Below the pieces are notes generated by a model that saw nothing but the letters and a program-made list of their open reading frames with translations, ran no database searches and had not been told where the DNA came from. The translations under genes were made by a program, and so were the position numbers. This document shows positions 45,183-55,499 of a stretch of DNA of 64,000 nt, in pieces. Each line of letters begins with the position of its first letter. Within the stretch, counting starts at the first letter, position 1. Origin of the DNA: a virus (lineage: Duplodnaviria; Heunggongvirae; Uroviricota; Caudoviricetes); IMG/VR virus record IMGVR_UViG_3300012346_000380, positions 1-64,000 of that record, one strand, 5' to 3'.

Positions 45183-45357
45183 ATTGTTTTATTTAATCCA
45201 TTCATTAAAAGCTAATTGGTGTGCTTCGACTGGATCTACACCATTAGCCATTTCTTTTTCTGCGAAGTCTATAACTTCCCACTTTAAGTTATATGCATTA
45301 GCTTCTAAAAGTATCAAGTCTATTTGTTCTTGATCTTCTTGTGAAATATGTGCCATA

Positions 45358-46605
45358 TTAAAACAATTCGTTTAGATTTTTAGTCAAGGGTTTTTCATTA
45401 GATGTATCTAAATCTGAAAAAGCATCATAACTTTTAGGTGCATTTTCAGCTTTAGTTGCCATCCATTTGTTACCTTCTAGAATTCTTTCCATCTGTGTCA
45501 ATTTATTAAGAGTAGGTTCTATAATAACATCTTTTTCTATAGCAGATTGCATTTGTTCTTGAATAGGTTCTGGAATAGTATTATGGTGCAATAACATAAT
45601 ATCTAAGTTTTGATTAAATCTTAATTTGATTTGAGACTTAGAAGAGTTATTAACCACTCTATACGTAATATCTACGATTTTATCAACTTGAGCATCACTA
45701 AACATGTGATCAATTACAAATGATTCTTCTTCTTTAAGATATTGATCTAAGATTTTATCAGCTTGTTTTTGTGTAATGCTATAAGTTCTACCGCCTTTAA
45801 CCCAAGAAACCACAGATTTAATGTTATCTGATTTATCACCCATTAAAATCTTTTGAAAGATAAAATGATCACAGTTAATTTCTTCTATTTCAATACCATT
45901 CTTTTTGATCCAATCCATGACGTCCATTCTCATTTTTTCTAAGAATGAAGTTTTACTAGCCAAATTAAAAAGTAAATCATCATCGTCTTCAGTTCTATCG
46001 TCGATATCTGTGGCAATCATTTTATTAAAGCCTTCAAATACAATTAATTTCTTTTTGGTATTGTAGTACCATAATGTATAACCGTCAGTTGCTTTAGAGT
46101 AATCTACTAATTGAATTAAATCTCTATCACCGGTCCAAACAATACAGTTTTTACCATTAGCATTTAAGTAAGTTGACCATGCAAATAAGATGTCATCGGC
46201 TTCTGCGCCTGGAATCTGCTCCACGATCACACCCTGTTTAGCCAAAACAGTTTTAAACTCTTCATATATTTGATATACGCTGTCCCAACAAACTGTCTCA
46301 TTCTGCACTCTGGTGCCTTTGTACTCAGCTTCTGGAAAAAGGTCTTTACGCCATGACTTAGAATCAATTGCCAAGACAATACGATCCACAAATGGTTGCA
46401 TTTTTCTAATTTCAGATGCGAAATCTATTGCCAATTTTCTCATAAATTGACCTTTGCTTTTATCGTCTTCTAGTAACTTTCCACTAGAAGGCTTAGGCAT
46501 AACGAAAAGCCTACTGTATATGAAGTAGTTTCCGTCAATTAATAATGTGTGTTTGCCTAGTCTCATTTCTTCTTCGTTGTTATTGTAAATATAACTATTT
46601 TCCAC
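45358..46605 (-). CDS. 5'-3' exonuclease / FLAP endonuclease (T4 RNase H / Pol I 5' nuclease family)
   Basis: N-terminal LLIDGNYFIYSRLF (the hallmark LLxDGn motif). The C-terminal helix-rich domain has acidic clusters. Confidence 0.65.
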   Translation of the reverse strand: MENSYIYNNNEEEMRLGKHTLLIDGNYFIYSRLFVMPKPSSGKLLEDDKSKGQFMRKLAIDFASEIRKMQPFVDRIVLAIDSKSWRKDLFPEAEYKGTRVQNETVCWDSVYQIYEEFKTVLAKQGVIVEQIPGAEADDILFAWSTYLNANGKNCIVWTGDRDLIQLVDYSKATDGYTLWYYNTKKKLIVFEGFNKMIATDIDDRTEDDDDLLFNLASKTSFLEKMRMDVMDWIKKNGIEIEEINCDHFIFQKILMGDKSDNIKSVVSWVKGGRTYSITQKQADKILDQYLKEEESFVIDHMFSDAQVDKIVDITYRVVNNSSKSQIKLRFNQNLDIMLLHHNTIPEPIQEQMQSAIEKDVIIEPTLNKLTQMERILEGNKWMATKAENAPKSYDAFSDLDTSNEKPLTKNLNELF

Positions 46606-46636
46606 GATATGGTAAAATATTTTTAGATGTTTTTTC

Positions 46637-47605
46637 TTATGATCTTACAATTTCTTGTAATTTATAAACACAAGATAACATGGTAATGATTGGGTCAATA
46701 ACATGCACTCTTTGTGCTTGATGTTCTGCTACAGAAATTATAATTTGTGGAATAGATTTTACATTGTTTGGTTTTTCTGTTTGGATGTATTCTACAAAAT
46801 CAGATCCGAGTGATTGTAAAACATCATCTACTCTATTTGAGTATTCACTAACCAACAACTTATAATTCTTAACCGGGTCAGTTTCATTAAAGATTAGTTC
46901 AAATAGATCTTTGTAGACTGAATTAAATTTCTTAACGTCTTCTACTGTAATATTAGTAGTGCCGCTTGTTTTGTAACCTTGTAATTTATTTAAAGTGCTT
47001 CTTAAATCTGGAAAGTTTCTTTTAACAAATTCTACCAAAGCTGGTTTATCTATTGTCATTTCTTCTTTGCCGCAAATTTCATAAACACGTTTAATGTATT
47101 TTTTAGTCAATTCAGTCTCTTCTGATTTGTCAAAGTCAAAATTAATAACTTCAAAACGAGAAAGAATTGGATCTGGAATTTTATTTACGTAATTACAAGT
47201 TGCAATAAATCTACAATTAGCTGCAAATTGTTCCATCGTTGCTCTAAGAGCTTTAAAGAATTGGTCTGATACACCATCAACCTCATCTAATAAAACTACT
47301 TTGAATTTACCTTGATCATCTAAAACTGACATAGTTGAACAAAAATCAGTGATTCGAGTTCTAATAACTTCTACTGACGTATCTGTTGATGCGTTGATGT
47401 AAAGATATGGTAAATTAAACTGATTAACAATAGCCTTAGCTGTTGAAGTTTTGCCTGTACCTGGACTTCCAGCTAAAAGCATGTTTTGGGTTAAACCATC
47501 TTTGAACTTATTCATTACTCTGTCTGGTAAAATTAAGTCCTCTAGATTTTTAGGTCTGTACTTTTCTGTAAATAGTGCTCGAATCATATTTTTATGTTTA
47601 TACAT
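46637..47605 (-). CDS. AAA+ clamp loader subunit (RFC small subunit / T4 gp44-like)
   Basis: Walker A LLAGSPGTGKTSTAKAI, Walker B VVLLDEVDG, sensor region SRFEVINF. Confidence 0.7.
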   Translation of the reverse strand: MYKHKNMIRALFTEKYRPKNLEDLILPDRVMNKFKDGLTQNMLLAGSPGTGKTSTAKAIVNQFNLPYLYINASTDTSVEVIRTRITDFCSTMSVLDDQGKFKVVLLDEVDGVSDQFFKALRATMEQFAANCRFIATCNYVNKIPDPILSRFEVINFDFDKSEETELTKKYIKRVYEICGKEEMTIDKPALVEFVKRNFPDLRSTLNKLQGYKTSGTTNITVEDVKKFNSVYKDLFELIFNETDPVKNYKLLVSEYSNRVDDVLQSLGSDFVEYIQTEKPNNVKSIPQIIISVAEHQAQRVHVIDPIITMLSCVYKLQEIVRS

Positions 47606-47636
47606 GTTATATTAAATATGATAAATAAGTTTCAGT

Positions 47637-48143
47637 ATGTCAGCAAAAAAGAAACATCCAAAGATAGAAAGAACTAATGGACCTTACCCAACTAATAGGT
47701 TTGGCATAAGGTTTGCCAACTTGTCAAAATCTCAAAAAAGATTATTGATAGAAAATCCATTGCTTAAAGAAAGATGCCAGTCTGATGCATTTGCTTTGAT
47801 ATTATTTGAACAAAACTCATATTCTGTCAGTAGATTAAGCTCTACTAATAAATTATTCTATGATTGGTCTACTGGTGAAATTATACAGAAAGAAGATCTT
47901 ATAGAAAATTACAACACGATTGATTGGTATTGTGCATTGTCTGGCAATCCAATCAAAGCTAAAATGAGTGATTTTTCATTGGAAAACTTTGTTCATCCAG
48001 ATTATCATGATGCTTTAAAGGCTCCGATGGTAGATTCAAGAATTTTAAAATCTTCAGTTGAGTTTCGCAAGAAATGCAAAGAACTCTTGCTGAATCAACA
48101 ACAAGAGTTCTTTAGACTAGTTAAAAAGGGTAAAAAATCTTAA
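47637..48143 (+). CDS. hypothetical protein, the only plus-strand gene in the window
   Basis: ORF track. No competing minus-strand ORF across 47606-48139. A divergent AT-rich region lies at 47606-47636. Confidence 0.5.
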   Translation: MSAKKKHPKIERTNGPYPTNRFGIRFANLSKSQKRLLIENPLLKERCQSDAFALILFEQNSYSVSRLSSTNKLFYDWSTGEIIQKEDLIENYNTIDWYCALSGNPIKAKMSDFSLENFVHPDYHDALKAPMVDSRILKSSVEFRKKCKELLLNQQQEFFRLVKKGKKS

Positions 48144-49825
48144 CCCATTAATAATTTAAATTTATCAGATATACTTAAAGAGCTTGATTCATTAATCATG
48201 TATTCTTTTTCAAGCTTTGAAATTTCCATTTCAAATAATCTACCTAATTCAGTTCCTTCTAATTGCCAGTTTTCTTTAGCGGCAATTTGATCTTTTAAAT
48301 CTTTTAGTTTTTCTAATTTATCAGATGAAGATACTTTGTCTAATTGTTTCTTTTGTGCCTCAACACCTTTTTGTATCATAGCAATTTTATCATCGTCTTC
48401 TTTAGATCTCTTTTCTTTGTTTTTAAGCTCTTCGATAGCGCCTTCTAATTCTGAAATTTTATCTTTGATTTTTTTAGCTTCTGGATTATTTTGAACCCTT
48501 TCAGTTTCTTTTTTAATCATATCTTCCACTCTGTCTAGTTTACCGTCTTTGGTATTCTTAGTGGTTTCTTTTTCAGCATTTTTATCATCTTCTGCTTTAT
48601 TAGCTGATCTTTCCTGTCTTTTCTTTTCGTCATCAGCTTTTTCTTCCTCTGATTTTTTAAGAGCTTTCATTTGATCAGATTCACCATCGCTATCATCAGA
48701 TTTAGGTTCTTCTTCAGTTTCTGTCTCTTCTTCAGCGTCTGCATTTGGATTTTTAATTTTATCTAAAGCTGCTTTAACTTCTTCATCTTCAACTGCAACT
48801 TCTTTTGCCTTTGCAGCATTTTCTTCTGCTTCTTTATTAATCTCTTCAGTTCTTTTAGCCTGTCTTCTGTTAATAGCATCAAGACTTTCTTTAAGTTCTT
48901 TCAAAGCTTCATCTGATAAATTTTCACTAAAGAATTTCAATCTTGCTTCTGCAACTTCTTGCGCTACACCATCTTTTGCAGATGCAATTAAAGTATGTAC
49001 TTTTTTAGAACCAAATCCTGTAATTTTTTCTTCAGCGTATTTAGCGTCTAATGTACTTTCGTATGTGGTTATAGATGTATCTAAAACATCTCTTTTCTTT
49101 ATAACTGCTTGTATTTGTGCTTCTATTTTTTCAGACATTTTATCTCTGGCGTCATTTTCATCACTAGAAGTTGTTTTATTGGCTGCAGCTGCATTTTTCT
49201 TAGCTTCAGCTTCTTTGGCTTTTAAAGCTTTTTCTTTATCTGCTATAGCTTTTTGTCTAGCTTGAGCATTTGAACCCGCTTGTGGTTTTTGAGCAGCTGG
49301 ATTAGCTTCATCAATAACCGATTCGTTAGCCGCTTCAATATCATCTTTCTTTTCTTCTAATTGATGTTGAATAGCTTCTAATTTAACTTCTTGTAATTTA
49401 AGTTGCTTAAGTTTAGCATAATCTCCCATGACCATTTTACCAATAGCACTATTTCTTTTAGTATCTTTTACAGCTTTAACGCTTAATCCTAAAGCTCCTA
49501 TAATACCTGCTATTCCCAAACCAACTAATTGAAATACTGGATCGCCAAATAAAGAACCGAAATTATCTTTTGTATCATCCCATGCACCTTCTAATACAAG
49601 AGATTCATCTAAAATTTCAATATTGAAATCTTCTTTAACTTGAGCTGATAATTGATCCAATTGTGTCATGATAGAATCAACATCACTTATTATGTCTTCT
49701 CTGCTAGGAACATTTGCAATAGCATCTGTTTTTGGTTTAACATCGACCGTGACCGTCGGTGAAACTGTAGTTGTTGCAGTTTCGCTTAACATTTTACTAT
49801 ACCAATTCTCGAAATTCATATTCAT
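48140..49825 (-). CDS. highly charged Lys/Glu/Ala-rich coiled-coil protein (head-associated? scaffold- or SMC-like)
   Basis: 561 aa with long KAEEK/AKEAEAKK repeats. It lies immediately downstream of the major capsid gene. Confidence 0.45.
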   Translation of the reverse strand: MNMNFENWYSKMLSETATTTVSPTVTVDVKPKTDAIANVPSREDIISDVDSIMTQLDQLSAQVKEDFNIEILDESLVLEGAWDDTKDNFGSLFGDPVFQLVGLGIAGIIGALGLSVKAVKDTKRNSAIGKMVMGDYAKLKQLKLQEVKLEAIQHQLEEKKDDIEAANESVIDEANPAAQKPQAGSNAQARQKAIADKEKALKAKEAEAKKNAAAANKTTSSDENDARDKMSEKIEAQIQAVIKKRDVLDTSITTYESTLDAKYAEEKITGFGSKKVHTLIASAKDGVAQEVAEARLKFFSENLSDEALKELKESLDAINRRQAKRTEEINKEAEENAAKAKEVAVEDEEVKAALDKIKNPNADAEEETETEEEPKSDDSDGESDQMKALKKSEEEKADDEKKRQERSANKAEDDKNAEKETTKNTKDGKLDRVEDMIKKETERVQNNPEAKKIKDKISELEGAIEELKNKEKRSKEDDDKIAMIQKGVEAQKKQLDKVSSSDKLEKLKDLKDQIAAKENWQLEGTELGRLFEMEISKLEKEYMINESSSLSISDKFKLLMG

Positions 49826-49868
49826 AGTATTATTTTTATATACATTATATATCTTTTAAAATTTGAGC

Positions 49869-49899
49869 AAAAAAAAGGCTTCCAATTTGGAAGCCTTTT
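49869..49899 (-). terminator. strong intrinsic terminator (GGCTTCCAA-t-TTGGAAGCC) with an 8-nt T-run in minus sense
   Basis: A near-perfect palindrome at about 49877-49895, flanked by an A-run (plus strand) and a T-run. It lies downstream of the major capsid gene. Confidence 0.6.
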
Positions 49900-49933
49900 A
49901 ATTATGTACTAAAATCTTTTAGTTAATCAGAGA

Positions 49934-51406
49934 TTATGCTAAAGAGATTAAGTTAGACCAAGTGTGAGCAGCGCCAGCAACTTGACCGATTGTGAATTTC
50001 ACGTATTGTGTTTCTGGGTGGAAACCTGCTTCAACTAATGCGAATCTAGATTTAACAGCAATTTTTGGTGCCATTGTAGCTTCTGCGATAGTTTGAACTG
50101 ATTCAGCCATTAAGTAAGGCATGAATACTAAACCAGGACCGTTACCGTCACCTTTTCTACCAACTAATACGTCAAAGTTATTCCACTTCCATTTAGGGTT
50201 AGTGTAAACTTGAACACCTGCTACAGAACCTACTGGGTAGATTGCACCTGCAGCTTGAGATACTGTATTAGCGAATGGGTTTGGAACGTAACCAGCAACT
50301 GATTGTAATGCTGTAGCAACTTGTGGTCCTACAACCGCGAAGTTACCTGCACCTCTTCTACCTCTGTTAGCGATTAAGTTAGCAGCAGCTAAGATACCTG
50401 TTAAGATTTTTCTGTGCTCAGAACCTTCAGTTTTACCACCTTGGAAATCAGAAGCAGCATATAAGTTTACGTTCAATGAAGTTGCAGAAATTTCACCAGC
50501 AGCAGTAGCTTTAGAGATGTTAGACACACCTAAAGTAGCGATGTTATTGATGATTAAATCATTAATAGTTTGAGTTAATTCATTAACTAAAACAGCTTCA
50601 ACTTGAGCAACAGCATCAACACCGAATTGTTTTAAATCTTGAACTTGCTCTCTAGTTACAGCAGCAGCTACTTGAATAGTTTTAGCTTCAACAGCTTTAC
50701 TGAATAAAGAAAGACCCATTAATTTCTCATTAGTTCTTTCACCTTCTTCTCTTGTGTAAGCGTTTTCAGAATCTTTAGCAGTGAAACCTGGTAAGTGATC
50801 TTCTAATGCTTTAACTAATTCTACTGAACCAACAGTTGCACCAGCAGCTTCTAAATCTTCAGCTACAGTATCGTTAGCAGCATCAATAGTACCTACTTTA
50901 TAGATAGATTTACCATCAATTCTTGATTTACCAGCATACTCGTATGCACCGTTATCACCTGCAGATGCAGCGATATCACCAGTAACACCAGCAGCTTTAA
51001 CGTAAGTTGGAGCTACACCGTTGTCTAATCTACCACCTTCGTAAACGAAGTCTAAGTAAGATAATAATCCCATTGGACCTGCCATTGGAATAACTGGTAC
51101 TAAATCTAAAGCGATTGTTTGTGCAGCAACTTGCATTGCTAAAGGTAATAAAGTTGGAGCTTTGTCACCTGATCCTAATGATGTAGGGTTTGAACCAAAT
51201 CCTGAAGGAAATGATACTACGCCCATACCTCTTAAGTTCATAGTTGGGTCTAAGCTCATGTGAGCAGTTGCATCTTCATACAACTTGTGGTTGTGGCAGT
51301 ACTCTGACATCCACGCTAATTTGCTAGCGTCATTGATACCTGTAGCAGCCTCGATAATTGGAGACCATGTTTCTCTGATCTCTGCTTCGTTAATTAATTG
51401 TGCCAT
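49934..51406 (-). CDS. major capsid protein (T4 gp23-like fold family)
   Basis: 490 aa. It sits downstream of the portal and prohead protease genes and is followed by a strong terminator. It is rich in Ala/Gly and has HK97/gp23-like length and composition. Confidence 0.6.
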   Translation of the reverse strand: MAQLINEAEIRETWSPIIEAATGINDASKLAWMSEYCHNHKLYEDATAHMSLDPTMNLRGMGVVSFPSGFGSNPTSLGSGDKAPTLLPLAMQVAAQTIALDLVPVIPMAGPMGLLSYLDFVYEGGRLDNGVAPTYVKAAGVTGDIAASAGDNGAYEYAGKSRIDGKSIYKVGTIDAANDTVAEDLEAAGATVGSVELVKALEDHLPGFTAKDSENAYTREEGERTNEKLMGLSLFSKAVEAKTIQVAAAVTREQVQDLKQFGVDAVAQVEAVLVNELTQTINDLIINNIATLGVSNISKATAAGEISATSLNVNLYAASDFQGGKTEGSEHRKILTGILAAANLIANRGRRGAGNFAVVGPQVATALQSVAGYVPNPFANTVSQAAGAIYPVGSVAGVQVYTNPKWKWNNFDVLVGRKGDGNGPGLVFMPYLMAESVQTIAEATMAPKIAVKSRFALVEAGFHPETQYVKFTIGQVAGAAHTWSNLISLA

Positions 51407-51568
51407 TTTGTTTAAATGTTCTTTTTATGTTTAGTTTGTGTAGATTGCATCTACGGCTCGACATAATTCAGTTTTTTGCTTCTTAACTGAGCGTCGAATA
51501 TTTTATTCTTGTGTTATTAGATTATATATCTACTTAAAAAAGTGAATTTTTTAATTTTTTAAAAATTC

Positions 51569-53383
51569 TTATTTTTTAAATCTTTTATTTAAAGATTCAG
51601 CAACACCAGTCATATCGTATGGTAATTGTTTTGCTTCTTCTGTAGATTCTTTAACCATTTCTACTTTTTCAATAACTTGAGCAACTTCTCTTAAGTCTCT
51701 TGTTTGCCAGAAATTTCTTACTTGATATTCTGTTTCTAATCTGTGGTATTTAGATTGAGCTAACAATTGATTTTTCTTACCTTCTGATAAAGAATTCCAT
51801 GTTTCTTTATATTCAGATGGCATTGCAGAGATTACTAAAGGTTCTGCTTGTTGAACTGGTGCTAATGCGTTGTTCCATAAAGCGTAGATTTGTGATTCAG
51901 TTAAGAAACCTTTACCTTCGATTGCTTTTGCAACTACAGTTTTTTCTTCAAGTGATAAAGTATTGAATTCTTCTTTCTTAGATTCAGCGATGAATTTAAA
52001 GAAATGTGGTTCTGCTACTGATTTTGCTTTAGCACTTTCAACTAATGAAGCTAATTTTTCAGTAACTTCTTTCTTGTAAGCATCCATTTTGTCTTCAGTT
52101 TCAGCAACTTCTTCAGCTTCTTCTTCATCAGCTTCTACTTCTTCAGTAACTTCTTTACCTGTATCTTCACCGTCAGCTTTTGAAGCTTCGATATCTTTTT
52201 CTAATTCGTCTTCGATATCTTCTGCTGCATCTTCTGCTTTTGGATATTTTTCACCTTCTGCATCGATAACCTCTGGAGTTTTATCATTTGGCTCTTCAGT
52301 TAATTCTTTACCTGCATCAGTATCATCTTCCATTAATAAGTTAGAGTTTACAGTTTCTGCAACGTATTCTGCGTATTCAGTAACTTTCTCTAAGTTTTCT
52401 TTTAAATAGTTTACATATTTAACTACGTTTTCGTGTGTCATAACACCTTCGTTATACGACTCGGCTAAATAGTTAGTGTAACCTTTGATAGCTTCAACAC
52501 CTTCTGCGATGTGCTCAGAATATTGAATTGATTGGTCTAATTTTTCTGCTAATGAATCAGCGAACTGAATTCCTTGATCAGCTTTTTCTGCAACGTGCTC
52601 AGAATAAGCAATTGCTTGGTTTAATTTTTCAGCTATATAAGAAGAATACTCTTTTAGATTTTTAATCTCCTCGTTAGTAGACTCAGAGCTAGTTAATGCT
52701 GTAAGAGATTCTTTTAAAGCTTTGATTTCTTCAGCTAAGTATTTTGAATAACTATTGAAGTCATCAGTACTAACGAATCTTGCGTTTTCCATGTTTTGTT
52801 CTTCTTTTATTTGTGTTTGTTTATTATCAGTTGGGTTGATTTCGTAAATTAAAAGATCTTCATTATCTTCAAAACCAAATGCTTCATTAACTCTTTTTAA
52901 TTCAGCATTAGCAAATCCAGGATCTGCAACTAAATCGTAAGTAAATAATTGTTTGATTTTAACTTTTCCGTTAGATTCTACTGTACCAGCCGCTCTAGAA
53001 GAAATGTGTAAAGGTACACCAGCGTCAACTAATGCTTTAGCTTGTTTACCAGCATCAGTGTCTAATAATCTAATTTTTCCAAGGATTTGTTTCTTGTCTT
53101 TGTCATATCTTAATTCTTCAATAATGTGAGAAACATTTTTTAAAGAAATGTCAAAGTTTTGTGGGTGGTCTAATTCACCTAATAACTTAGATGATTTAAT
53201 TTTAGCCTGAAGGCTTTCTACTTGCGGTAAATATTCGTCTTCGGTATAGATACGATTGTTTCTGTTTAACTTATCGATTTCACCAAACACGCCTTCAAGA
53301 ACATAAGCACCTGAATTATCTTGAGCGAATGCTAATGTAGAACCACTTCTTTCAAGAATCAAAAGTTTTGAATTTGTATTCAT
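51569..53383 (-). CDS. prohead core protease / scaffold fusion protein (T4 gp21-like N-terminal domain plus acidic coiled-coil C-terminus)
   Basis: The N-terminal 180 aa contain GELDHP and LHISSRAAGT (candidate His/Ser protease motifs). The remainder is Glu/Ala/Lys-rich repeats typical of scaffolding proteins. Confidence 0.5.
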   Translation of the reverse strand: MNTNSKLLILERSGSTLAFAQDNSGAYVLEGVFGEIDKLNRNNRIYTEDEYLPQVESLQAKIKSSKLLGELDHPQNFDISLKNVSHIIEELRYDKDKKQILGKIRLLDTDAGKQAKALVDAGVPLHISSRAAGTVESNGKVKIKQLFTYDLVADPGFANAELKRVNEAFGFEDNEDLLIYEINPTDNKQTQIKEEQNMENARFVSTDDFNSYSKYLAEEIKALKESLTALTSSESTNEEIKNLKEYSSYIAEKLNQAIAYSEHVAEKADQGIQFADSLAEKLDQSIQYSEHIAEGVEAIKGYTNYLAESYNEGVMTHENVVKYVNYLKENLEKVTEYAEYVAETVNSNLLMEDDTDAGKELTEEPNDKTPEVIDAEGEKYPKAEDAAEDIEDELEKDIEASKADGEDTGKEVTEEVEADEEEAEEVAETEDKMDAYKKEVTEKLASLVESAKAKSVAEPHFFKFIAESKKEEFNTLSLEEKTVVAKAIEGKGFLTESQIYALWNNALAPVQQAEPLVISAMPSEYKETWNSLSEGKKNQLLAQSKYHRLETEYQVRNFWQTRDLREVAQVIEKVEMVKESTEEAKQLPYDMTGVAESLNKRFKK

Positions 53384-53444
53384 ATATTTTTATAGTATAT
53401 TTTGGATTATATATCCTTGTTTAAAATGTAAAAAATTAATATTA

Positions 53445-53837
53445 TTATTTTCCGTCTTCACCTGTTGGTAAATCTGTGTCTAAACCTGCTAGTGGATCTT
53501 CTTCGGTAGAAGTTTTATCTTCACCTTCTTTTTCAGAATCAGCCTTTTCTTTGTTTTCTTCTTCTTTATATTCATTGTAATATTTACAAAGTTTAGCCAT
53601 ATCTTCTGGCATTAAAGTAGTTTGGCCATATTGCTGAAAGAAATAGTCTTTAAATTCTTTTTCTGTTGCAGATGCCTTAATAGCTCCTAAGATTTCAACA
53701 GCTTTAATTACTGTGTCTGAACCATCAGCTGATACATCATCGATATAAACATCTGAGTCTTCTGCTTTAACTGCTTCAGCTTCAAATATAAATTGTTCGA
53801 ATGTTTTAATTAATTTTTTCATATTATATGTATTCAT
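53445..53837 (-). CDS. hypothetical acidic small protein (prohead core-like)
   Basis: ORF track. It lies between the portal and the protease. Confidence 0.4.
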   Translation of the reverse strand: MNTYNMKKLIKTFEQFIFEAEAVKAEDSDVYIDDVSADGSDTVIKAVEILGAIKASATEKEFKDYFFQQYGQTTLMPEDMAKLCKYYNEYKEEENKEKADSEKEGEDKTSTEEDPLAGLDTDLPTGEDGK

Positions 53838-53846
53838 TTTATTTTA

Positions 53847-55469
53847 TTAGAATCCACCAGCACCTGGTATTCCGCCCATCATAGCCATTGCGTTTGGATC
53901 TTCTGGCTCTGCAGCTTTTGCAGCGGCTGCTCTTGATTTAGCAGCGTCGTTGGCTGTTTTATCATCATTGTTTAACTTCAAGTATTTATCTACTAAGAAA
54001 TCTAAATCGAAGTAATGTTCTTCTTCCATCGTCATTGGATTCGTTGTCATCAAGTTATTACGCATATTAGAAATAAAGTCTAAACGTTTTTCCATGATTT
54101 CCATGTTTTTCATTTCAGCAAACATGTTTTCTTCGTTATATCTTAATGCGATTTGTGTTCTAAACATTGGATCCTCTTTAAATTCAGGGAATTTAATACA
54201 CATTTGTAACCATAAAGGCTTAACTAAAATTTCTTGGAATGAAGATCTTAAACGGTTAACGAATTTAGCAAACTTAATCTCATCTCTGATCATACCGTCA
54301 GCTGCCATGTTGTTTTCTCCACCACCATCTTCGTACATAAATCTACTATATGGAATCTTAGAAACGTGCTTTAATTTATCTGAGAAGTATTTTAAAGACT
54401 CAACGTCATTAATTTCAGGACCTTCACCACCTAAAGTTTCAATTTCTGGTTGTTCACCGTCTTTTGAAGGTAACCAATATTCTTTATTGAATTGTAACAT
54501 TGGTTTACCATTGGTATTAAGAACACCTGAGTCCCAATCAAAATCAACTACTTCTTTATAGTTATTCATCAATTGAGCTAACGATTGTTTTGCTCTTGTT
54601 TTAGATTTACCACCAACTGGGATAATAAATTTCATTCTATATGAAGCATTTGTAACAGCCCAAATAACTCTAGTATGTTCCATAACTCTTAATAAGTTAA
54701 ATGCTCTGATTAATCTTTCTACGTAAGAAATACGTGAAGCTGTAGTAATAGAAGAGTATGAGATGTAAATAATTTGCGCATCATATAATTTACGCTCTTT
54801 GATTGGATCGTCTTTAAACTGAACCCAAACTTTTTTACCATCTTCTTTGTTGTAACCTGGAACTAATGTTGTTGGATCAATTTCTTTGAAACCAATAATT
54901 TCTGTCATTTCTGGATTATAAACGATCTCAAATGACAAATAACCATCAATTAACCATTTTCTAAAGTAAAACCAAGCTGATTGATCTCCAGCAAATCCAA
55001 AATATTGGTAGATATTTCTAAATGATTTATGCATGTATGACGTAACTTCTTCAGAAACTTCCATACCAATTAGGGTTGGTGTTGCTATGAAATTTTTCTC
55101 ATCAAATACAATTGATTCATCACAAAGAATATCTAAAATGTCTTCGATTTCATCATAAAGAGAAAATTGTCTTAATTCATCTCTTTTAGATTTATAATTC
55201 ATGTCAAAGAACGGAAGGTTCTTTCTCATGTTAGTATCTGCCATAGATAGTGCAGCAAATGCACCATAAATGTCATCTGAATCTACGCCCATTAAGTTCA
55301 TTTGGCCATAACCAAATTGATCTTCCATTGGACCGATCGCCTGTGATTGTCTTAATACTAAGTCGTCATAATACATACCGAACGACGATAACTTCTTAAG
55401 AGTATCGCTCAACCTAAAAGGTCTTTTACCTGTACTAAACGGTCCGTTTCTGTCTACGAATCCTGCCAT
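53847..55469 (-). CDS. portal protein (T4 gp20-like)
   Basis: 540 aa. It sits upstream of the protease/scaffold and MCP genes. Its size and predicted secondary-structure pattern are consistent with a portal. Confidence 0.5.
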   Translation of the reverse strand: MAGFVDRNGPFSTGKRPFRLSDTLKKLSSFGMYYDDLVLRQSQAIGPMEDQFGYGQMNLMGVDSDDIYGAFAALSMADTNMRKNLPFFDMNYKSKRDELRQFSLYDEIEDILDILCDESIVFDEKNFIATPTLIGMEVSEEVTSYMHKSFRNIYQYFGFAGDQSAWFYFRKWLIDGYLSFEIVYNPEMTEIIGFKEIDPTTLVPGYNKEDGKKVWVQFKDDPIKERKLYDAQIIYISYSSITTASRISYVERLIRAFNLLRVMEHTRVIWAVTNASYRMKFIIPVGGKSKTRAKQSLAQLMNNYKEVVDFDWDSGVLNTNGKPMLQFNKEYWLPSKDGEQPEIETLGGEGPEINDVESLKYFSDKLKHVSKIPYSRFMYEDGGGENNMAADGMIRDEIKFAKFVNRLRSSFQEILVKPLWLQMCIKFPEFKEDPMFRTQIALRYNEENMFAEMKNMEIMEKRLDFISNMRNNLMTTNPMTMEEEHYFDLDFLVDKYLKLNNDDKTANDAAKSRAAAAKAAEPEDPNAMAMMGGIPGAGGF

Positions 55470-55499
55470 TATATTTGTATTTAGTTTTTACTTATTTAA

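Noticed and set aside
45190-45357. Small acidic ORF (about 39-55 aa) in the 175-nt gap between 44760..45182 and 45358..46605
   Set aside because: My two readings of this stretch disagree by one nucleotide, so I cannot fix the frame or length reliably. It is a plausible small gene but is not reported as a feature.
52089-54561. Plus-strand ORFs 52089..52409 (Ser-rich) and 54094..54561 inside the prohead protease/scaffold and portal genes
   Set aside because: These are antisense shadows of Glu/Ala-rich coding sequence with no independent signals.
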